DNA from: a virus
Taxonomy: Duplodnaviria; Caudoviricetes
Virus record (IMG/VR): IMGVR_UViG_3300049509_000001
Location: 1 to 62,186 of that record
Strand: one strand, 5' to 3'
Length of the DNA stretch: 62,186 nucleotides
Position numbers and translations under genes: made by a program. Within the stretch, counting starts at the first letter, position 1. Every line of letters begins with the position of its first letter. A model generated the notes under the pieces. The model made no database searches, was not told the DNA's origin, and saw only the letters and a program-made list of their open reading frames with translations. Shown here in pieces: positions 19,780 to 29,251 of this stretch.

Positions 19780-20154
19780 ATGCGACGTAACATCTCACTA
19801 TTAATTCTCTCGGTTGCGATAATCGTTGCGATGGTGGTAACTGTTCCGGTATTTTCACTTACCGAGGCCACTAATCCAGCGACTATAACCGCAGCACCGC
19901 TAATTCCAACAACCCAAGTAGCATACGACTGTGACACAGCCCGAAAGGTCTGTTTCGATATACACTACGGCTTACGGCTGTTATGCGAATATAGCTGTAA
20001 GTACGAGCGTGATCCTAATCTCTGGAGTTACGAAATGTGCATGTCCGTTTGCGGCGCCCAATTCGCCAGCGGTTATGAAAGCTGCGTCTACGACTCGACA
20101 GCTGGTGAATGTCTTCCATTTAAACACATGGGAACAAAACCTGGGGATAACTAG
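19780..20154 (+). CDS. secreted cysteine-rich protein
   Basis: N-terminal signal/TM segment MRRNISLLILSVAIIVAMVV, eight Cys, SD AAAGG. Confidence 0.65.
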   Translation: MRRNISLLILSVAIIVAMVVTVPVFSLTEATNPATITAAPLIPTTQVAYDCDTARKVCFDIHYGLRLLCEYSCKYERDPNLWSYEMCMSVCGAQFASGYESCVYDSTAGECLPFKHMGTKPGDN

Positions 20155-20334
20155 ATACGGATACGCAAGCTTAGATCACCATCTTGACGGTCGGGCAGGT
20201 CAGACGATCTGTGCTCCCAGGGGTAAGTGGACTGCGGGTGGTGGTCTAGGAAATTTACGGACTGTGTCCACCGTGTTAGTCACGCCGCCCCATTCAAAAC
20301 TAATCGTGTTACACTGTATAACGATAACTTTGCA

Positions 20335-20781
20335 ATGCGAACAATCCGCACACAAGAAAAGCGTGAGAAGTTTTTGCTTTCACTGGTTGAAACCGGTGGA
20401 AATGTCAGTGCGTCTTGTGGGTTAGCGGGAATTAAACGCCGCACTGCTTATGATTGGCGCGGTGACGATCCTGAGTTTGCTGCTGAGTGGGATGAAGCAG
20501 TAAACGTTGGCCTAGATGCACTTGAGTCAGAAGCCAGACGCCGAGCTTTCGAAGGAATTCAGGAACCAGTTTTTTACAAGGGCGAGATATGCGGTCACAT
20601 TCGCCGCTACTCCGACTCCCTGATCATGTTCATGCTCAAGGCTTATCGGCCACAATTTCGTGATAGAGTGCTGATCGATGTCAACGCAGTCGATGCCGAA
20701 ATTGAACGACGATTGGCGGCAATGGCCCAGCGAGGCGAAGCTCCGGTTATTGGAGAAGCTGAGAACGGGCCAGTCAACTAG
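20335..20781 (+). CDS. terS: terminase small subunit
   Basis: GGNVSASC...TAYDWR..DPEFAAEWDEA...EARRRA...YSDSLIMFMLKA; directly upstream of terL; likely start ATG 20335. Confidence 0.85.
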   Translation: MRTIRTQEKREKFLLSLVETGGNVSASCGLAGIKRRTAYDWRGDDPEFAAEWDEAVNVGLDALESEARRRAFEGIQEPVFYKGEICGHIRRYSDSLIMFMLKAYRPQFRDRVLIDVNAVDAEIERRLAAMAQRGEAPVIGEAENGPVN

Positions 20782-22015
20782 TAATCTCCAGCTTCCACCG
20801 CCTCACGCGGCACAGCAGCAAATTATTAATCAATCCAAGCGTTTTAACGTACTCGCTTGCGGGCGTAGATTCGGCAAGACTTTACTCGGTATTGAGCTAG
20901 CCAGCATTGCAAATGACGGTTGGCCGATTGCTTGGTTTTCCCCAACTTACAAAATGCTAGCTGAAGTTTGGCGTGACTGTCGGCGCATGTTGCAACCGGC
21001 AATCACCGCAGTCAACGTACAGCAGCACCGATTAGAACTCGGCGCAGGATCGATCGATATGTGGTCGCTGGACTCGCCTGATTCCGCTCGTGGTCGCAAG
21101 TATAAGCGCGTGATTGTTGATGAGGCAGCGATGATTCCAAACTTTCAAGAAGCATGGCAAGCGGCAATCAGGCCCACGCTCACTGACTACCAAGGCGACG
21201 CTTATTGGCTCTCCACGCCACGCGGTATGAACTTCTTCAAACAGGGATTTGACTACGGGCAAGATCCGTTGATGGTTGATTGGGCCAGTTGGCAGTTTCC
21301 TACAACTAGCAATCCCTATATTTCAGTCGATGAAGTACAGAAAGCGAAGGAGGAACTGCCTGAGCTAACCTTTGCCCAGGAATATCTTGCTGAATTTCTC
21401 CGTTCAGATGGCGCGGTATTCAGAAATATCATGCCGAACTTAACCGCCCCCTTAAACCCGCAACCTCCTGAGCATTCAGGCCATCGAATTGTTTCTGGGC
21501 TGGATTGGGGTCAGAAACACGACTTTACGGCGCACTCCATTGGCTGTGCTGATTGCAAATGTGAGCTGGAATTAGACAGGTTTAATAAGATCGAGTGGGC
21601 CTTTCAACGCGGACGAGTTAAAGCAGCGTGTGATAAGTGGGCCATTAGCCATATTCTCGCTGAACATAATTCCATTGGCTCGCCTAACATTGAGGCGTTG
21701 CAAGCAGAAGGGTTGCCGGTAATTGCATTTGAAACCACTGCGTTGTCCAAAGGGCCATTAATTCAATCTCTCGCGCTTGCGCTTGAGCGTTGCGAGTGCC
21801 AGTGGCTAAACAATCCTATCGCCACCGCTGAACTGGTCGCTTACGAGTCAAAAGTGTCTGCGATTACAGGGCGCGCAACTTATTCTGCTCCCGAGGGCAT
21901 GCATGATGATACAGTAATAGCCAGGGCATTAATGTTAAAGTCGGTAATGGAACGCGGGATTGGCGATCTGGATGAAGAGTTAGCTTTAGCAATTGACGAT
22001 TACCGGGGGAGGTAA
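20678..22015 (+). CDS. terL: terminase large subunit
   Basis: GRRFGKT, VIVDEAA, STP, QEYLAEF, nuclease GLDWG and HDDTV. Confidence 0.95.
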   Translation: MSTQSMPKLNDDWRQWPSEAKLRLLEKLRTGQSTSNLQLPPPHAAQQQIINQSKRFNVLACGRRFGKTLLGIELASIANDGWPIAWFSPTYKMLAEVWRDCRRMLQPAITAVNVQQHRLELGAGSIDMWSLDSPDSARGRKYKRVIVDEAAMIPNFQEAWQAAIRPTLTDYQGDAYWLSTPRGMNFFKQGFDYGQDPLMVDWASWQFPTTSNPYISVDEVQKAKEELPELTFAQEYLAEFLRSDGAVFRNIMPNLTAPLNPQPPEHSGHRIVSGLDWGQKHDFTAHSIGCADCKCELELDRFNKIEWAFQRGRVKAACDKWAISHILAEHNSIGSPNIEALQAEGLPVIAFETTALSKGPLIQSLALALERCECQWLNNPIATAELVAYESKVSAITGRATYSAPEGMHDDTVIARALMLKSVMERGIGDLDEELALAIDDYRGR

Positions 22016-22054
22016 CGAAGTCGTTGCGGAAGAGTTAGACAACTATCGAGGACG

Positions 22055-22270
22055 ATGATGGACCAAGAAGGCAAGTTTAACGAAAGGGACGCTCTGGTTA
22101 AGAAGTTTGCTCATGAGTTCGTGTGTTTTAACCACGACGTTAATAATTCCTATCCCTATTTAGTAATTGACGTTACCGATGATTGCATGATCGAATTAGA
22201 AGGAATGTCAGGCTTATTTGCCCCTGATCTCTTTAAGCGTGTAATACCAACAGCCAGCAAGGAAACCTGA
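22055..22270 (+). CDS. hypothetical protein between terL and portal
   Basis: ORF with GAGG SD. Confidence 0.5.
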   Translation: MMDQEGKFNERDALVKKFAHEFVCFNHDVNNSYPYLVIDVTDDCMIELEGMSGLFAPDLFKRVIPTASKET

Positions 22271-22287
22271 ATCAAAACAGAGTTGAT

Positions 22288-23904
22288 GTGGCAACTATTT
22301 TCCAAAGGATGAGCATGGCAGCACGAGCAGCAATAAGCGCTTGGCGCAACCCGCGAGAGACGGGCACGATTGATGACGTTCGCTCGCGGCTCAATCTCCT
22401 GTGGTCCTACTACGACAACTCGGTATTCGACAACCTTGCCGCATGGGCCAATTACCGCGCCAATTACGTCCTCTATCGAAATATCCGTTCAATCTACAAC
22501 CCAACTCGCAGGCTGGTAAATTTCTACGTGGCCCAAGTTTATCCGGGCGTGCTGAGCGAGGATGCCACGAAGCTGCCTGATGGAGTGGCGATCGCAATTC
22601 CATTTAGCGACGACACTGACGAGGCGCTTAAGCTCGCCATCGCGCAATTCTGGCAGTGGTCCAACTGGCAGTCGAATAATAAGTTAATGGTGCGGTATGG
22701 CGGAGCGACTGGTTCATGTCTAGTTGAGGTAGTCGATAACGTTGAGCGAGGGAAGATTACCACGGCAGTACGCTGGCCGGGACTGATAGCGGATCGTGCT
22801 GCTGATGATGGTCCAAGTCTCGTGTTGGACGATGTAGGCAACGTCAAATTCTACGCGCTAGAGTATGAGGCGACTGACGAGGCAGGCGACACTTATACCT
22901 ATCGCAAGGAAGTGGGTCAAGACTCCATCACCGAGTACCGTGATGACAAGATCACCTCGCAGGAAGACAACCCGTATGGCTTCGTCCCCGCCGTATGGGC
23001 CAAGCATATTGACGAAGGTTGGGGCGTGGACGGCGAAGGTCTTTACGGTGCTCCGGCGATCTCAGGCTCAATTGGCAAGATTGACGAGTTGAATGGACTC
23101 GCCTCACACGCGCACGATCATATTGACTCGTTAATCGACTCGCCGGGGATCATCTCCAGCGACGGCGGTGTCGGGCGCATTGGCGAGCAGGCGAATGCGA
23201 TCAAGGTGACTCGTTCTACTACGGCAGACGAGTTTGCAACGGTTGGCGCTAACACGGCAATGCGTACACTGCGCCGACTCCTGCTCAAAGCGCCTAAGGG
23301 AGCAAGCTGGGTGCCACTGACTGGCAACCTGCAACCGGAGCAGGCCATCCCGGCAATGGACCACCTGCTAACCGAAATCGAGCACGACTTTCCCGAGCTC
23401 GGCATGTACCAGGAGTTGCGCAAGATGAGTGAAGTTACGGGACCAGGCGCAGCCCGCATGATGGGCGATGTCTACTCGCGTGTTTTGGAAGTCTCGAGCA
23501 ACTACGACCAGCAGTCAATCAAGCTCTTCCAGATGGCTGCTGCTATCGGGGGATTCAGGTTTAGAGAGAACCGCGAGGGCTGGCGATTAAAGACCGAGGC
23601 ACAGGCTAAGTTCGCGCCCTTTGATTTGGACTCGTATGCTCGCGGTGACTTGAACATGGCAATCATGCCGCGCCCGTTGATTCCGATGACGGAGGACGAC
23701 ACGATCACGCTCACGGGGAAGCGCCTCGACAACGCGAAGAAAGCCCAAGGGATATTCAACGATGACAAGGTGCTGGAAGTGGCGGGAGTAAGTGACGAAG
23801 ATGAGCGCAGCGCGATCTTGGCTGAGCGTGAAAAAGAGAAAGAGCAGGCGGTTGCTCTACTACCACAACCGAAACCGAACGGTGATAGTCAGATTATCCA
23901 GTGA
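22288..23904 (+). CDS. portal protein
   Basis: 538 aa after terL; NPTRRLVNFY and NPYGFVPAVW (SPP1-like portal pattern). Confidence 0.85.
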   Translation: MATIFQRMSMAARAAISAWRNPRETGTIDDVRSRLNLLWSYYDNSVFDNLAAWANYRANYVLYRNIRSIYNPTRRLVNFYVAQVYPGVLSEDATKLPDGVAIAIPFSDDTDEALKLAIAQFWQWSNWQSNNKLMVRYGGATGSCLVEVVDNVERGKITTAVRWPGLIADRAADDGPSLVLDDVGNVKFYALEYEATDEAGDTYTYRKEVGQDSITEYRDDKITSQEDNPYGFVPAVWAKHIDEGWGVDGEGLYGAPAISGSIGKIDELNGLASHAHDHIDSLIDSPGIISSDGGVGRIGEQANAIKVTRSTTADEFATVGANTAMRTLRRLLLKAPKGASWVPLTGNLQPEQAIPAMDHLLTEIEHDFPELGMYQELRKMSEVTGPGAARMMGDVYSRVLEVSSNYDQQSIKLFQMAAAIGGFRFRENREGWRLKTEAQAKFAPFDLDSYARGDLNMAIMPRPLIPMTEDDTITLTGKRLDNAKKAQGIFNDDKVLEVAGVSDEDERSAILAEREKEKEQAVALLPQPKPNGDSQIIQ

Positions 23905-24368
23905 GAAGCAAAAGGAAAGCCCTGCCGATAGCCCGGTTTCGATGTTACGCTAACCGATCGTCTCTGTACTTCATGGTCTATGTATGGGCCACCAAGCGAG
24001 ACATGCTTGATAATCGGCCTACTTTAGGACTGACTAGAGGCTCATGTGAGGCCCACACTACGTCTTATAATGAATTCACGGACAAGTCGAGGAGGCGGAA
24101 GAAGCGCATCGTTGGTGAGATACATTTCCATAAGCGTATGGTTCGTGCTGACGCTGGGATTGAGGTCGTAACACATGAGACATTCCACGCCGTTGCATCT
24201 CTCTTTAGAAGGTTAAGGGCGGATTTTAGTCAATTGAGCTATGAGGGTTATCGGCGTCCTAAACAAGATAATGAGGAAATCATGGCTGAGGTCCAAGGTT
24301 TAATGGCACGACAGATAATGACGAAATTTCACGCATTAGGGTTATTCCCGTGGCAAGACGCAAAGTAA
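23901..24368 (+). CDS. HExxH zincin-like protein A
   Basis: GIEVVTHETFHA ... NEE. Confidence 0.65.
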   Translation: MRSKRKALPIARFRCYANRSSLYFMVYVWATKRDMLDNRPTLGLTRGSCEAHTTSYNEFTDKSRRRKKRIVGEIHFHKRMVRADAGIEVVTHETFHAVASLFRRLRADFSQLSYEGYRRPKQDNEEIMAEVQGLMARQIMTKFHALGLFPWQDAK

Positions 24369-24814
24369 AACCGATCTCATTTCGTCTCTACCCAGAAGGT
24401 TCATTCCTCTATTGCGAAGTGAACATCTGGCCTACCCGCAAAGACATGCACAAGCATTTGCCGCTTGGTAGAAAGACTGTCGCCAGTTGTGGCGGGCGTG
24501 AGTCTTACATTGTTGAACCCAAACGCAAGGGTAAGCGGCAAAGAATTCGCAAAACCGGATTATTCGCAGAGGCGAATTTCTACGAAAGGGAAATAGGAAT
24601 TGAAGTCGTGTCGCATGAGTTAACTCACGCTGCGTTTTGCTTCGCTGACCGCCGCAAATTGCCACTGGATAAATGCGTGAACAAGGATTTCAACCAAGAT
24701 GGACGCAACAACACACTTGATAATGATGGCCCTGAGGAACGATTTTGTTACGCGCTCGGGCATATGGTCAGACAATTTACTCAGAAATGCTATGACAAAG
24801 GATTGTATAAATAG
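24350..24814 (+). CDS. HExxH zincin-like protein B (paralog of A)
   Basis: GIEVVSHELTHA ... PEE. Confidence 0.65.
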   Translation: MARRKVKPISFRLYPEGSFLYCEVNIWPTRKDMHKHLPLGRKTVASCGGRESYIVEPKRKGKRQRIRKTGLFAEANFYEREIGIEVVSHELTHAAFCFADRRKLPLDKCVNKDFNQDGRNNTLDNDGPEERFCYALGHMVRQFTQKCYDKGLYK

Positions 24815-24891
24815 CAATGTTTCACGTGAAACGTTATCGTCTGCCAAGCGAGCCATCACGCGACCAGTTGGCGAAAGTTTAACAAAAGTAT

Positions 24892-24919
24892 TTGCAAACT
24901 GACCGATAGTGTGTATGCT
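24892..24919 (+). promoter_or_regulatory. promoter for head genes
   Basis: TTGCAA-16-TATGCT with TG just before the -10, 8 nt before ATG 24928. Confidence 0.5.
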
Positions 24920-24927
24920 TAGCTTCG

Positions 24928-25089
24928 ATGTACCTATCGCAACCAGCAATCATCGCTACAATTCGCCGAATCAAATCACTCTCTCGTCTTGATGCTTACG
25001 GGTTGGCAATTGCTGACGCCGGACACTTTTGGGCGCTTAGAGAGCGACGGGAATTTGAGAAACGAGTGAGGGAGTTGCGAGAAAACTAA
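24928..25089 (+). CDS. small leader protein (53 aa, not in ORF track)
   Basis: MYLSQPAIIATIRRIKSL...RVRELREN, coupled by TAATG to the scaffold gene. Confidence 0.5.
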   Translation: MYLSQPAIIATIRRIKSLSRLDAYGLAIADAGHFWALRERREFEKRVRELREN

Positions 25090-25703
25090 TGCCTGACGAC
25101 AACACCGACGCCAAGTCCGACAAAACTGCTGAAGGAGCAGGCCAAAACACTGACGACTCCGCTGAGGGCAAGGATACTGATACCTCAAAAAATCAGGATG
25201 CCGATAAGAAGTTCACGCAAGCAGACCTGGACCGCATAGCCGCCAAAACTCGACAAGAGGAAAAGGACAAAGCGAAAGCGGCCAAAGACAAAGAGGAAAA
25301 GGAAAGACTCGAAGCAGAGGCCACAAAGCAGGGCGAGTTTGAAAAGCTGGCAAATGATCGTAAGGCCAAGCTTGACGAACTCGAACCCAAAGTAACCGCA
25401 CTGGAAACCGAGCGTGACACTTTGAAAGTCACCCTTGCCGAGATAGCTGAAGCCGAGTTGAAGGCACTTCCCAAAGAAGTCAGTGACATTGCCCCGGCCC
25501 AACGAGCTGAGGACAAGTCACTAACCAACCCTCTTGATGTACTTGCGTGGTTGCCCAAGGGAAAAGCACTCGCCGAGAAACTGAATGGTCAATCTGCTGT
25601 TAAAGGTGCTAAGGCCAGCCCGCGTGCTAATGGCGCGCATGTGGCCGACACTGACGCGGACAAACGGGCCAGAGCAGAAGCACGGCGAGCCTACCGAGAA
25701 TAG
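25089..25703 (+). CDS. capsid scaffolding protein
   Basis: Acidic N-terminus, KKFTQADLDRI motif, coiled coil, upstream of the capsid gene. Confidence 0.85.
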   Translation: MPDDNTDAKSDKTAEGAGQNTDDSAEGKDTDTSKNQDADKKFTQADLDRIAAKTRQEEKDKAKAAKDKEEKERLEAEATKQGEFEKLANDRKAKLDELEPKVTALETERDTLKVTLAEIAEAELKALPKEVSDIAPAQRAEDKSLTNPLDVLAWLPKGKALAEKLNGQSAVKGAKASPRANGAHVADTDADKRARAEARRAYRE

Positions 25704-25712
25704 GAGAGAAAC

Positions 25713-26141
25713 ATGGCAGACGTGGTTTTAGTGACCGCAGGCCAATTGCGGGTAGAGGAGTCGCTTGAGCAGGACACGAAACCGGCAGGCGTGGCCGTAG
25801 CAGCAGGCCAAAGCGTTAAAGAAGACGCCACCACGGGCCGCTGGATTCTGGCTGACGCGTCTGCCGCTGGTACTGCTGACGCCTACGGCATGGCAGTGAA
25901 AACTGTCCCTGCCGGTTTACCAGTTACGGCCATTCGGCGTGGCGTGGTTGACGGTTTCAACCTTGACGATCAGGACTACAACGAACAAGTGTTCCTGTCC
26001 GACACGGCAGGCGCGATTGCTGATGCCGCTGGCACAGCAGGCGGTGTAGTCGGGCGCGTCATCTCAGTCCACTCGCATCGTGTTGGTGGCGTACCTGACA
26101 AGCTACTACGCCTTGACTACGCCGGGGAGGTGAGCGCGTAA
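25713..26141 (+). CDS. capsid cement/decoration protein
   Basis: Small Ala/Gly-rich beta protein (AGQSV...LADA...GMA...VFLSDTAG) between scaffold and capsid genes. Confidence 0.65.
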   Translation: MADVVLVTAGQLRVEESLEQDTKPAGVAVAAGQSVKEDATTGRWILADASAAGTADAYGMAVKTVPAGLPVTAIRRGVVDGFNLDDQDYNEQVFLSDTAGAIADAAGTAGGVVGRVISVHSHRVGGVPDKLLRLDYAGEVSA

Positions 26142-27202
26142 TGCCAAACATAATTCCTTATGGATTCCGTGACTTGCGCGATCAACTCGACGAGACAATT
26201 AACGAGCAACTGATCCCCGTCATCAACACCGCCATCACTGAAACCGTCGCGTTTCATAATGAAGAGATGAATCGCGTGGCAGGCATTTTTGTAAAGCCCA
26301 CGACTGAGTACAAGCTACGCTACAAGACACCGACTGAGGCGAGATTGCAACCTCTCGACGAGCATGGCCGCGCACGGAAGATTCGCGTTGGGGCGCAGTA
26401 CGATGTCGGGTTTCCCCTGCAAGCAGCCGGACTCGCGGAAGGCGCAACTGACACCACGCGCATATTGGAAACAGTTGGTGATGTGGCTGAGATCACTAGC
26501 ACGATGACAATGGCGGACAAGACCTGGATACTGGAGCATATTCTAGCAACCTTGTTTGCCGTAGCTGATTGGACCTACACGGACGAGCGTCACGGAGCGC
26601 TGGTTGTCAAACCGCTTGCTAACGGTGACGCGCAAACCTATCTTGGCCGCAATGGCTCGTCTGCGACAGCGGACCACAACACCGGACAGGCTGGTGCGAT
26701 TGCCGATCTAACCAACCCGTTTCCCGGCATCTATTCGCGACTGACGCGACCGATGGGCAGTAATGGCCGAGTGATTTCGTTTGTGGCGTCGAACTTGGTT
26801 GCGGACATAACTGGGTTAGGAGACTTTAGAGAACCGGCCGATCCGAATATCAGACTTGGCGCTAATAGCGACGAACTGGTTGGTACGTTGCCTGCTGGCA
26901 CTCCCGGCGAACCAATCGGCTACACAAACCGCGTCTGGATCGTTGACTGGCCGCGTATCCCTGATAACTACATCGTTTCAATTATCGAAGGTGGAGAGCG
27001 TCCGGTTGCCATGCGCGAGTATGAAGTAGCCGCGTTGCGAGGATTCCGTCGAGCAGGCGAACGCAACGACTATCCTTACTTCGAGACTCAGTTCAAACGC
27101 GATGCGGGATTCGGGATTTGGAATCGTGTCGGTGCGGATGTCATGGAAATTGGGGACGCGTCATATGACGTCCCGGCAGGATTCGAAGTACCTATGCCCT
27201 AG
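26141..27202 (+). CDS. major capsid protein
   Basis: 353 aa, position after scaffold and cement genes, C-terminal R.AGFGIWNR. Confidence 0.8.
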   Translation: MPNIIPYGFRDLRDQLDETINEQLIPVINTAITETVAFHNEEMNRVAGIFVKPTTEYKLRYKTPTEARLQPLDEHGRARKIRVGAQYDVGFPLQAAGLAEGATDTTRILETVGDVAEITSTMTMADKTWILEHILATLFAVADWTYTDERHGALVVKPLANGDAQTYLGRNGSSATADHNTGQAGAIADLTNPFPGIYSRLTRPMGSNGRVISFVASNLVADITGLGDFREPADPNIRLGANSDELVGTLPAGTPGEPIGYTNRVWIVDWPRIPDNYIVSIIEGGERPVAMREYEVAALRGFRRAGERNDYPYFETQFKRDAGFGIWNRVGADVMEIGDASYDVPAGFEVPMP

Positions 27203-27222
27203 TGAGAGAGGCTGATACAACC

Positions 27223-27798
27223 ATGAAGCGAAAACTATTAATCAGCTTACTTGTCCTAGTCATCCCACTTGTCGTCTACGCTCAACAAACCATGCGGCTT
27301 GGCGGGGGATTGATCTCGATCTCTCGTCTTGGCGCCGTGGTTATCAAGTCACGGCCTGACAAGACGATCGCGCTACAGGGCAACACGACCATCGCAGGCA
27401 CTACCGCAATCACTGGAAACACAACCGTCGTGGGCACGATGGGCGTTACCGGCAATACAACGATCACGGGCACGGCGGCGGTCAGCTCGACATTGAGTAT
27501 CGGCGGCGGCGCGGCCATCGCGAAGGTAATCACGGGAACAGGTTCGGTGGACTTCACGGCGCTAGCTGCGGGCACGTGTGAGAACTTTACTATCACGGTC
27601 ACGGGGGCGGCTAATGGGGACTCAGTTGCATTAGGCATTCCTGCTGCCGCATGGGCCACAACTGAATACGCGACGATCGAGGGATTTGTCTCTGCAACTA
27701 ACACGATTACAGTCAAGCGATGCAATCTGACTAACGCAACTACGGCATTGTCCGATCCCGCTGCTGTGACAGTTCGTGCAACGGTGATTCAGTTCTAG
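27223..27798 (+). CDS. head fibre/decoration-like protein with N-terminal signal peptide
   Basis: MKRKLLISLLVLVIPLVVYA, then GNTT(I/V)xG hexapeptide repeats and a beta-rich C-domain. Confidence 0.6.
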   Translation: MKRKLLISLLVLVIPLVVYAQQTMRLGGGLISISRLGAVVIKSRPDKTIALQGNTTIAGTTAITGNTTVVGTMGVTGNTTITGTAAVSSTLSIGGGAAIAKVITGTGSVDFTALAAGTCENFTITVTGAANGDSVALGIPAAAWATTEYATIEGFVSATNTITVKRCNLTNATTALSDPAAVTVRATVIQF

Positions 27799-27808
27799 GT
27801 AAGGTCCT

Positions 27809-28150
27809 ATGGCAAGTAAGGAAAGTAAAATTGTCCGTCGCGCGCACGCGCTAAGTGAACTGTCCCGATTGTCGGGCTTGCTGGCTGAGCACCTGGATAT
27901 CGAAGTGCCTGACGTACAGGTCACTAGTCGAGACAATGAACTTGCTGAGATTCAGCGCATTGAGAATATCAACTCGCTACTCCAGCAAATCCTGCAAGCA
28001 AGTAACGTGGAAACGGAACGGGGCACACTCGCAGGTTTGACTAAAGCTGAACTGCTTGAGAAAGCCGTAGAGATGGATCTTGAAGTAGGTAAGTCATCTA
28101 CTAAGGCGGAGATCATTGCAGCGATAAAAGAGCATGGCACTAACAAGTGA
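27809..28150 (+). CDS. protein with Rho-N/HeH-like C-terminal domain
   Basis: LTKAELLEKA...STKAEIIAAI. Confidence 0.6.
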   Translation: MASKESKIVRRAHALSELSRLSGLLAEHLDIEVPDVQVTSRDNELAEIQRIENINSLLQQILQASNVETERGTLAGLTKAELLEKAVEMDLEVGKSSTKAEIIAAIKEHGTNK

Positions 28151-28451
28151 TCAACTCGTACTCACCGCTGAAATCGTGCGGGAGACTTACACCTCAGTTG
28201 TAAGTGCGACTAGTTCTTTGAATGTGGCGCAAGAGTCGTTGCTGAGTGATGATATTGACCTTTGGGAGCAGGAGCGCAACTCTGCTGATCTGAAATTTAA
28301 GGGCGATGGCGTTGACTTGGACTCAACCAGACTGCTAGCCGACATTTTCTATCGTGTACGCAACATGCTTGGTTATCCATTCATTCCTTATGATCTCAAT
28401 GGTCCAGTGATGGATTTAATTGAGTTGGAAGTAGGGCAAAACTTTGGCTAG
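28134..28451 (+). CDS. putative head-tail adaptor
   Basis: Size and position after the capsid genes. Confidence 0.5.
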   Translation: MALTSDQLVLTAEIVRETYTSVVSATSSLNVAQESLLSDDIDLWEQERNSADLKFKGDGVDLDSTRLLADIFYRVRNMLGYPFIPYDLNGPVMDLIELEVGQNFG

Positions 28452-28791
28452 TGTTGGTCAGGCTTACAGCAAGGTACGGGGCAAGGTGGCCGAAAAGGCG
28501 GCGAGAATTCTTCCTGACACGTGTCGCCTTATTATTGGAGAAGATGAATATCCCGATACGCCATGTAGGTTCGGCGGCACCTCCGGCAATATCGATGGTG
28601 CGCCTTACAAGATTCGATTTGCATGGGGCAGTCCGGCGATGACTGGTGCCGCAGTGGTGATTGATGCGATAGAAGGACGCCCGCAGATTACATTGCAGTT
28701 GGTTGCACCTGCTGATTCTTCAACGGCAATTTGGCAGGAGTGGGGAGCTACTTCTGGCCCGGCTTTTGGGAGAGCAGATGTCGGGTTTTAA
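28444..28791 (+). CDS. putative head closure protein
   Basis: LPDTC...PCR motif and position. Confidence 0.55.
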   Translation: MASVGQAYSKVRGKVAEKAARILPDTCRLIIGEDEYPDTPCRFGGTSGNIDGAPYKIRFAWGSPAMTGAAVVIDAIEGRPQITLQLVAPADSSTAIWQEWGATSGPAFGRADVGF

Positions 28792-29251
28792 CGTCAAAGG
28801 CGAGCGAAGGCTCTTTGAAGCGATCGACAGACTCACCGAGGTAATCAGTGATCAGCGAGAGCGGGGCTGGCAAAGGAACGTTGATGTCAGGCTCGACTTC
28901 GAGCGTAGGTATCTTGATTCAGAGGGCGCAGGCGGATTTACGCCGTTGACGGCTGGCTATGCAGCGCAGAAAGAGGCGGCGGTGGGATTCTTGCCTATCC
29001 TGCAATACTCAGGGCGCATGTATCGCTCTTTGACGGAAGAAGGTGCCCCGAACTTTGTCAGAGAAGAAGAGGCCGACTCGTTGAAAGTGGGAACATCGGA
29101 TCGCAAAGCACGGGCACACCATGAAGGACGAGGACGCTTGCCTGTACGTGAGGTAATGAAAGCAACGAACGAAGAGGCTGAGGCGCATTTGCAAGTGTTT
29201 CACGATTCTTATGCTGCGGCAGCGCGGGCTTTAGGCTTCAGGGTGATTTGA
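28703..29251 (+). CDS. neck/tail completion (virion morphogenesis) protein
   Basis: FTPL...Y...K, PILQYSGRMYRSL, VGT...ARAH.EG...LP.R (Mu gpG-like); true start probably near ATG 28778. Confidence 0.65.
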   Translation: MHLLILQRQFGRSGELLLARLLGEQMSGFNVKGERRLFEAIDRLTEVISDQRERGWQRNVDVRLDFERRYLDSEGAGGFTPLTAGYAAQKEAAVGFLPILQYSGRMYRSLTEEGAPNFVREEEADSLKVGTSDRKARAHHEGRGRLPVREVMKATNEEAEAHLQVFHDSYAAAARALGFRVI

